Under the pieces are notes generated by a model, which worked only from the letters and a program-made list of their open reading frames with translations, was not told the origin of the DNA and ran no database searches. The translations under genes and the position numbers were made by a program. A DNA stretch of 38,857 nucleotides, taken from positions 1 through 38,857 of IMG/VR virus record IMGVR_UViG_3300004151_000005, one strand, 5' to 3'. This document shows positions 34,558 to 38,857 of this stretch, piece by piece. This stretch comes from a virus. Its lineage: Duplodnaviria > Caudoviricetes. How positions within the stretch are numbered: position 1 is the first letter of the stretch; each line of letters begins with the position of its first letter.

Positions 34558-35643
34558 ATGGCTGATTACGCTACAAAACTTGCTGAAGGCTTTTCACAAA
34601 AAGTTGTTCAGCTTTACTTCAACCGATCAATTTCCGATGATATCACTAACAAAAACTACGAAGGTGAAATCAAAGACAAATTATCTAAGTTGAATATTAT
34701 TACGTTCGCTGCTCTTGGTATCAAAGTCTACAATGGTTCTGATATCACAGCTGATACCCCACAAGAAAGTGTTGGTGCTTTGACTACTGACCAAATGAAA
34801 GCTTTCTACTTTACTATTCCTAGTATTTCCAGATTCAAATCATGGATTAAAAACCCTGAATCATCCTTAATGGCTGATGCTGCTAATACATTGAAACAGA
34901 CTGTTGATGCTTTCAATTTAAGTTTCTATGCTGATGTTGCTGCTGGTCAAAGAATCGGTACAGATTTCTCAACTGGTACTTGTACTGTTGTTACTGGAAC
35001 AGGTGTCGTAACACACTCTGGTACTGGTTTCACTGCTGCTATGGTTGGTCGTAGCTTTAAAGCTGCTGGTCATACTGCTTGGTACAGAATTAAGGCTTAC
35101 AATTCTACTTCTGAAATCGTAATTGAAGATGATTTAGATGATGTTGCAAGTGCATACACTGGTGGAGCAATCTCTGGTGGTACAGCATTTGTTATCCAAG
35201 CTGTTTCTGCTGTTCAAGTTACTATGGATACTCTTTATGAGAAATTAGTCGCTGCTAAGACTCTCTTAGACGCTGCTCAAGTTCCTGAAGATGGTCGTTA
35301 TGTTGTGCTTCCTGCTGAATTAGCAAACTTATTCCTTACTTCTAAATACTTAATCCCAGCCGTTGGTGTTGCTTATGAAGAAGTTATCCGAAAGGGTATT
35401 ATTGGAACAGTTGCTGGATTCATGGTTTACCGAAGTGAACAAGTAACCGGAGCTACTGCTACTGGTTGGCACTGTATTGCTGGACATAAATCATTCATTA
35501 CTCATGCTTTCGGACTTAACGAAGTCGGAACTGAAGATGCCATTGGAAACTTTGGTAAAAAATTCAAATCCCTCCACGTCTATGGTTCAAAAGTTGTTGA
35601 TGAAAGACGAAAATGTGGTGTTGAATTATTCATTAAACTTTAA
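34558..35643 (+). CDS. major capsid protein (HK97 fold, P22/T7-like) with insertion domain
   Basis: N.NYEGEI, L..DQ.K.F.F, LD.A.VP..GRY.V.P, G.IG.VAGF.VY.S, LHVYG.KV; SD AAGGAG; biased codon use. Confidence 0.9.
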   Translation: MADYATKLAEGFSQKVVQLYFNRSISDDITNKNYEGEIKDKLSKLNIITFAALGIKVYNGSDITADTPQESVGALTTDQMKAFYFTIPSISRFKSWIKNPESSLMADAANTLKQTVDAFNLSFYADVAAGQRIGTDFSTGTCTVVTGTGVVTHSGTGFTAAMVGRSFKAAGHTAWYRIKAYNSTSEIVIEDDLDDVASAYTGGAISGGTAFVIQAVSAVQVTMDTLYEKLVAAKTLLDAAQVPEDGRYVVLPAELANLFLTSKYLIPAVGVAYEEVIRKGIIGTVAGFMVYRSEQVTGATATGWHCIAGHKSFITHAFGLNEVGTEDAIGNFGKKFKSLHVYGSKVVDERRKCGVELFIKL

Positions 35644-35647
35644 TCAG

Positions 35648-35699
35648 TTTAATTGATTGATACTAGGGGATAATCTCCCCTAGGAATGAGTTAATTAAA
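35648..35699 (+). terminator. strong hairpin after the capsid gene (attenuator/stabiliser)
   Basis: CTAGGGGA-N5-TCCCCTAG inside an outer AT stem; no U-tract. Confidence 0.45.
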
Positions 35700-35711
35700 A
35701 ATTAAATAATT

Positions 35712-36998
35712 ATGAAATTTGAAATAAAAACAGACTTACCTATTAGTACACAATTAGAAATTGACAGAATAGAAGCTATTGTTTCTGGTGCTAGAACTGC
35801 ACAAGAAGCTGCTTTTTTAGTTGCTCTTGCTCCTTATTTAACAAATGAAATATTAAGTGAAGATGCTGATGGATTAATCTTAGAAGCTAGAGGTTTAACT
35901 ATTCCAACTGGTTATACTAACTTTGCTAAAGGTGCTACCTTTATTAAATATGATGCTGCTACTAAATCAATATATGAAAATACTGGTACTACTACTGTTG
36001 CTGCTTGGAATTTAATTGGTGAAGTTGATGGAACAGATATTGCTAATGGTTCTATTACTAATGCAAAACTTGCTAATCCTTTAACCCTTGCTGGTATAGA
36101 GTTATTTGCTAGTACTGCTCCAGTTAATGCTGTTGCTGCGACTAAACTTTTAACTATTGGTACTAATCCTACTGAAGGTGCTTTGGTTACAATCGGTGCT
36201 GTACCTTATAAGTTTAGAGTTGCTTTAACTGCTGGAACTGCTGCTAGTAAAGTAATAACTTCTGATAATACTGAAGTTGTTGATGGTGATACTGTAACTA
36301 TTGGTTCTACTATCTATCGCTTCAAGGATACAATGGCTCAAGCTTATGATGTTAAAAGAAGTGGAACTGTTGATACTACTCTCGCAAATTTAATTAAAGC
36401 TATTAATGCTTCTGGTACTGCTGGAGTTGAATACTTTGCTGGTACTTTAATTCACCCTACTGTTAGTGCTGGGGTTACTATAACTTCTCATGGTTTTCCT
36501 GTAACTGCTAAGACTATTGGTTTTGGTGGTAATTCTATTGCTATTGCCGAAAATTCAATTCATTTATCATGGGCTGGTGCTGCTACTTTCTTGTCAGGTG
36601 GTGTTGATGCACAAGCTGCTAATGATGTTTTAATTGGTGGAACTACTGAAGTTTCTATTGATAACTTAGTTCTTGCTATTACTGCTGGTGCTGGTATTGG
36701 TACAAACTATGGTACTGGAACAGTTGTAAATCCTTTAGCTACTGCTGTTAAAGCTTCGGATGCTACAATGACTGCTACTAATAAGATTAAAGGTGTTATT
36801 GGAAACTCCACTGCTATTGCTGAAACTTTATCTAATGGTTCATGGGCTTCTGGTGATTTATTCTTAACAGGTGGTATAAATGGTACTGTTGGAGTTAAAA
36901 ATGAAATAAGACTTGATGCTACTAATTTATATGCCTGTACAGCTGCTAACACAATTGCAGATGCAAACTGGAAAAAACTAGTACTTCAATCTTTATAA
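35712..36998 (+). CDS. capsid decoration / head-fibre-like protein with nested repeat domain
   Basis: FAKGA.F.K......YEN.GT.....W N-terminus, two VTIG..Y.F domains, C-terminal D..NLY.CTA....WK. Confidence 0.6.
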   Translation: MKFEIKTDLPISTQLEIDRIEAIVSGARTAQEAAFLVALAPYLTNEILSEDADGLILEARGLTIPTGYTNFAKGATFIKYDAATKSIYENTGTTTVAAWNLIGEVDGTDIANGSITNAKLANPLTLAGIELFASTAPVNAVAATKLLTIGTNPTEGALVTIGAVPYKFRVALTAGTAASKVITSDNTEVVDGDTVTIGSTIYRFKDTMAQAYDVKRSGTVDTTLANLIKAINASGTAGVEYFAGTLIHPTVSAGVTITSHGFPVTAKTIGFGGNSIAIAENSIHLSWAGAATFLSGGVDAQAANDVLIGGTTEVSIDNLVLAITAGAGIGTNYGTGTVVNPLATAVKASDATMTATNKIKGVIGNSTAIAETLSNGSWASGDLFLTGGINGTVGVKNEIRLDATNLYACTAANTIADANWKKLVLQSL

Positions 36999-37024
36999 AT
37001 TATAATTTAAAAAATAAATAAAAT

Positions 37025-37528
37025 ATGGCAGCTACAGTAAGTCTATCTGAATCAAATGGTGCTGGTGAAACAATCACCGCTTCTATTACAAACACAAACA
37101 TGGGATCAACTGATGCTGTTAATTTAGTATCTGCTAGTTATCCTATTACTGCTAATACTCGTTCATATGCTAAATATCAAAGACTTTACTGTAGTAATTT
37201 AAATGGTTCTACAAGTATTGCTAATTTAAAAGTATGGAGAACTGGTTCTTTGGGTGGTTCTGATACTCATGTAACTAATGCTCGTACATCTGCTTATGCT
37301 GGTGCAAAGGCTTATGCTACTCCAGTAAATACTTCTATTGCTACAGTTGACCAAACAATGCCTACTTCTTCTCCTGCCGGTGCTAATTTAGGTATTGGTG
37401 GTTCATTGACCGGTGCTTTGACTGGTGTAGGTTATTCAGATTATTTAGTACATCAGTTGGTAGTTGATTCGGCTTCAACAACTGGTACAACAACAACTTT
37501 ATCAATAAGTTATGATGAAATAGGTTAA
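37025..37528 (+). CDS. virion structural protein (beta-sandwich)
   Basis: T/S/G-rich, SDYLV.QL and C-terminal YDE motif. Confidence 0.55.
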   Translation: MAATVSLSESNGAGETITASITNTNMGSTDAVNLVSASYPITANTRSYAKYQRLYCSNLNGSTSIANLKVWRTGSLGGSDTHVTNARTSAYAGAKAYATPVNTSIATVDQTMPTSSPAGANLGIGGSLTGALTGVGYSDYLVHQLVVDSASTTGTTTTLSISYDEIG

Positions 37529-37530
37529 AT

Positions 37531-37911
37531 ATGGAATACAAATTTGAAGGTAATACAATACCTAAAGAAGAATGGTACTGGATAGCCCAATACCAAGACG
37601 GTAGTACATTAAAACAATTTGATGACAATGGTTTCTATCACCAATTTATGGAAATAGACCAAAGTCAATTAAAAGTGTTTAAAATGGTTTCCGATAATCA
37701 TTCAAACATCTTTACATTAATCTTTACAGAGGAGATGAAATTAATTCACTTCTATAAAAGATTTATGTTAGATATAGGAACAGAACAGTATAGAGAAATA
37801 TCTTGTTACTGTTTTGGTTATGAGATTAAAGGACAAAAAATGATGGTAATGATTACTCCATCAAACGAAATAATTATTACAAATAATACTAATTTAATAC
37901 AAATAGAATAA
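37531..37911 (+). CDS. conserved phage hypothetical protein
   Basis: W.A.Y.DG..L.QFD motif. Confidence 0.6.
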   Translation: MEYKFEGNTIPKEEWYWIAQYQDGSTLKQFDDNGFYHQFMEIDQSQLKVFKMVSDNHSNIFTLIFTEEMKLIHFYKRFMLDIGTEQYREISCYCFGYEIKGQKMMVMITPSNEIIITNNTNLIQIE

Positions 37912-37912
37912 T

Positions 37913-38857
37913 ATGGCAGATGCAAAAATAACAGAGTTAACAAATACAGCAGTACCAGTTTCTACTGATATTATTCCTTATGTTTCTGATCCTGCTGGTA
38001 CACCATTAACTAAAAAATCTACTGTTTCTAATCTTGGAGTTATTATAGTTTCTAACAAAAAAGCTACAGGGGCAGAAATAAACACTGGAACAGATGATAC
38101 TAAAATAGTTACTCCTAAAGCAATAGCAGATTCATATTTATCTAATGGATATAATTCACTTTCTCGTCAAGCCATAATAAATGGAAACTTTGATGTATGG
38201 CAGAGAGGAATAAGTTTAGATAATACGGGAGTAATAACCTCTTTCCTTTTGGCTGATAGATGGAAACAAGCTAATGGTGCTGATGGTGGAACACTTCCAG
38301 CACATATTGTAATTTCAAAACAAAGTTTAACACCTGGTGATATATATAATTCTTCTTATTTTTTTAGGGTAGCTCCAGATGGTGCTGGAACATCTTTGGG
38401 AAATAACTCAATTTTTTACTTTGAACAAAGAGTAGAAAACGGAACTAGATATTTATGTGGAAATGGTAAAAAAGTTACTATAAGTTTCTATGCTAGAGCA
38501 TCTGTGGCTGGTAAAAAAATGGGTTATGCTTTGCAACAAAATTATGGAAGTGGTGGAAGTCCTACATCTGCTGAAACAATCACAGGTGCATCTATAACAC
38601 TAAGTTCTACTTGGACAAAATATAACTATACTTTTACTACAAATACTTTAGCTGGTAAAACATTTGGAACTGCTAATGATGATTTTTTAAGATTGATGTT
38701 TTTCTATCAATGGGGTTCTACACAAGGAACATCATTTGGATTAGGTGCTGCTGAAACCTATGGTGGTTCAGGAACTATTGACATAGCCCAAGTCCAACTC
38801 TGTGCTGGTGATGTAGCTCTACCATTTATGCCTAAGAGTTTTGAAGAAGAATTAAGA
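37913..38857 (+). CDS. tail fibre protein, N-terminal part (continues at 61-390)
   Basis: MADAKITEL..., EINTGTDDTKIVTPK, IINGNFDVWQRG, ADRW, VTISFYA; absent from the ORF track because the stop is across the join. Confidence 0.8.
   Translation, partial: MADAKITELTNTAVPVSTDIIPYVSDPAGTPLTKKSTVSNLGVIIVSNKKATGAEINTGTDDTKIVTPKAIADSYLSNGYNSLSRQAIINGNFDVWQRGISLDNTGVITSFLLADRWKQANGADGGTLPAHIVISKQSLTPGDIYNSSYFFRVAPDGAGTSLGNNSIFYFEQRVENGTRYLCGNGKKVTISFYARASVAGKKMGYALQQNYGSGGSPTSAETITGASITLSSTWTKYNYTFTTNTLAGKTFGTANDDFLRLMFFYQWGSTQGTSFGLGAAETYGGSGTIDIAQVQLCAGDVALPFMPKSFEEELR
38798..38857. repeat. 60-bp direct terminal repeat (right copy)
   Basis: Identical to 1-60. Confidence 0.95.

Noticed and set aside
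35655-35692. Kink-turn in the post-capsid hairpin
   Set aside because: GA dinucleotides are present on both strands but spacing does not fit the canonical bulge plus tandem G-A geometry
4841-37628. Short antisense or out-of-frame ORFs in the track (4841, 10388, 10531, 13434, 19910, 22781, 23214, 23408, 23635, 27034, 29065, 31147, 31934, 36707, 37383; also 2644)
   Set aside because: Shadows of well-supported genes or of the 22804-22880 hairpin, with no motifs
1-38857. Stop-codon reassignment (code 15/25)
   Set aside because: Core genes are intact in code 11; TGA and TAG serve as stops (ATGA overlaps, TAG directly before promoter motifs)

Overview
The window appears to be a complete, circularly permuted genome of a tailed dsDNA phage: bases 1-60 are repeated at 38798-38857, giving a unit length of about 38,797 bp, and a tail-fibre gene runs in frame across the join. 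It is very AT-rich and uses the standard genetic code. The late region (27571 to the end, then 1-15575, + strand) has podovirus (P22/T7-like) architecture: terminase, portal, scaffold, major capsid, decoration/fibre proteins, tailspike, nozzle, adaptor, three ejection-type proteins (one with ParB-like and ADP-ribosyltransferase domains) and lysis genes. No sheath or tape-measure gene was recognised. The rest holds a metallophosphoesterase operon, a leftward recombination operon (NinG, Rad52/Sak-like annealase, HTH), a replication initiator with an internal origin candidate, HNH nucleases, a transglycosylase and many small ORFs. No integrase, polymerase, tRNA or CRISPR was recognised. A Patescibacteria/CPR host is plausible but is inference only. 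Main unexplained signals: (1) a covarying RNA motif (AAAC/AC internal loop) in front of three head-assembly genes; (2) two adjacent ejection proteins whose only cysteines lie at their junction; (3) a CHAP-endolysin stump cut at the catalytic-Cys position by an antisense HNH-AP2 gene; (4) a 7-copy late-promoter motif; (5) a shared early operator; (6) nested and inserted domains in structural proteins. All protein calls come from motif recognition by eye; no database search was run.
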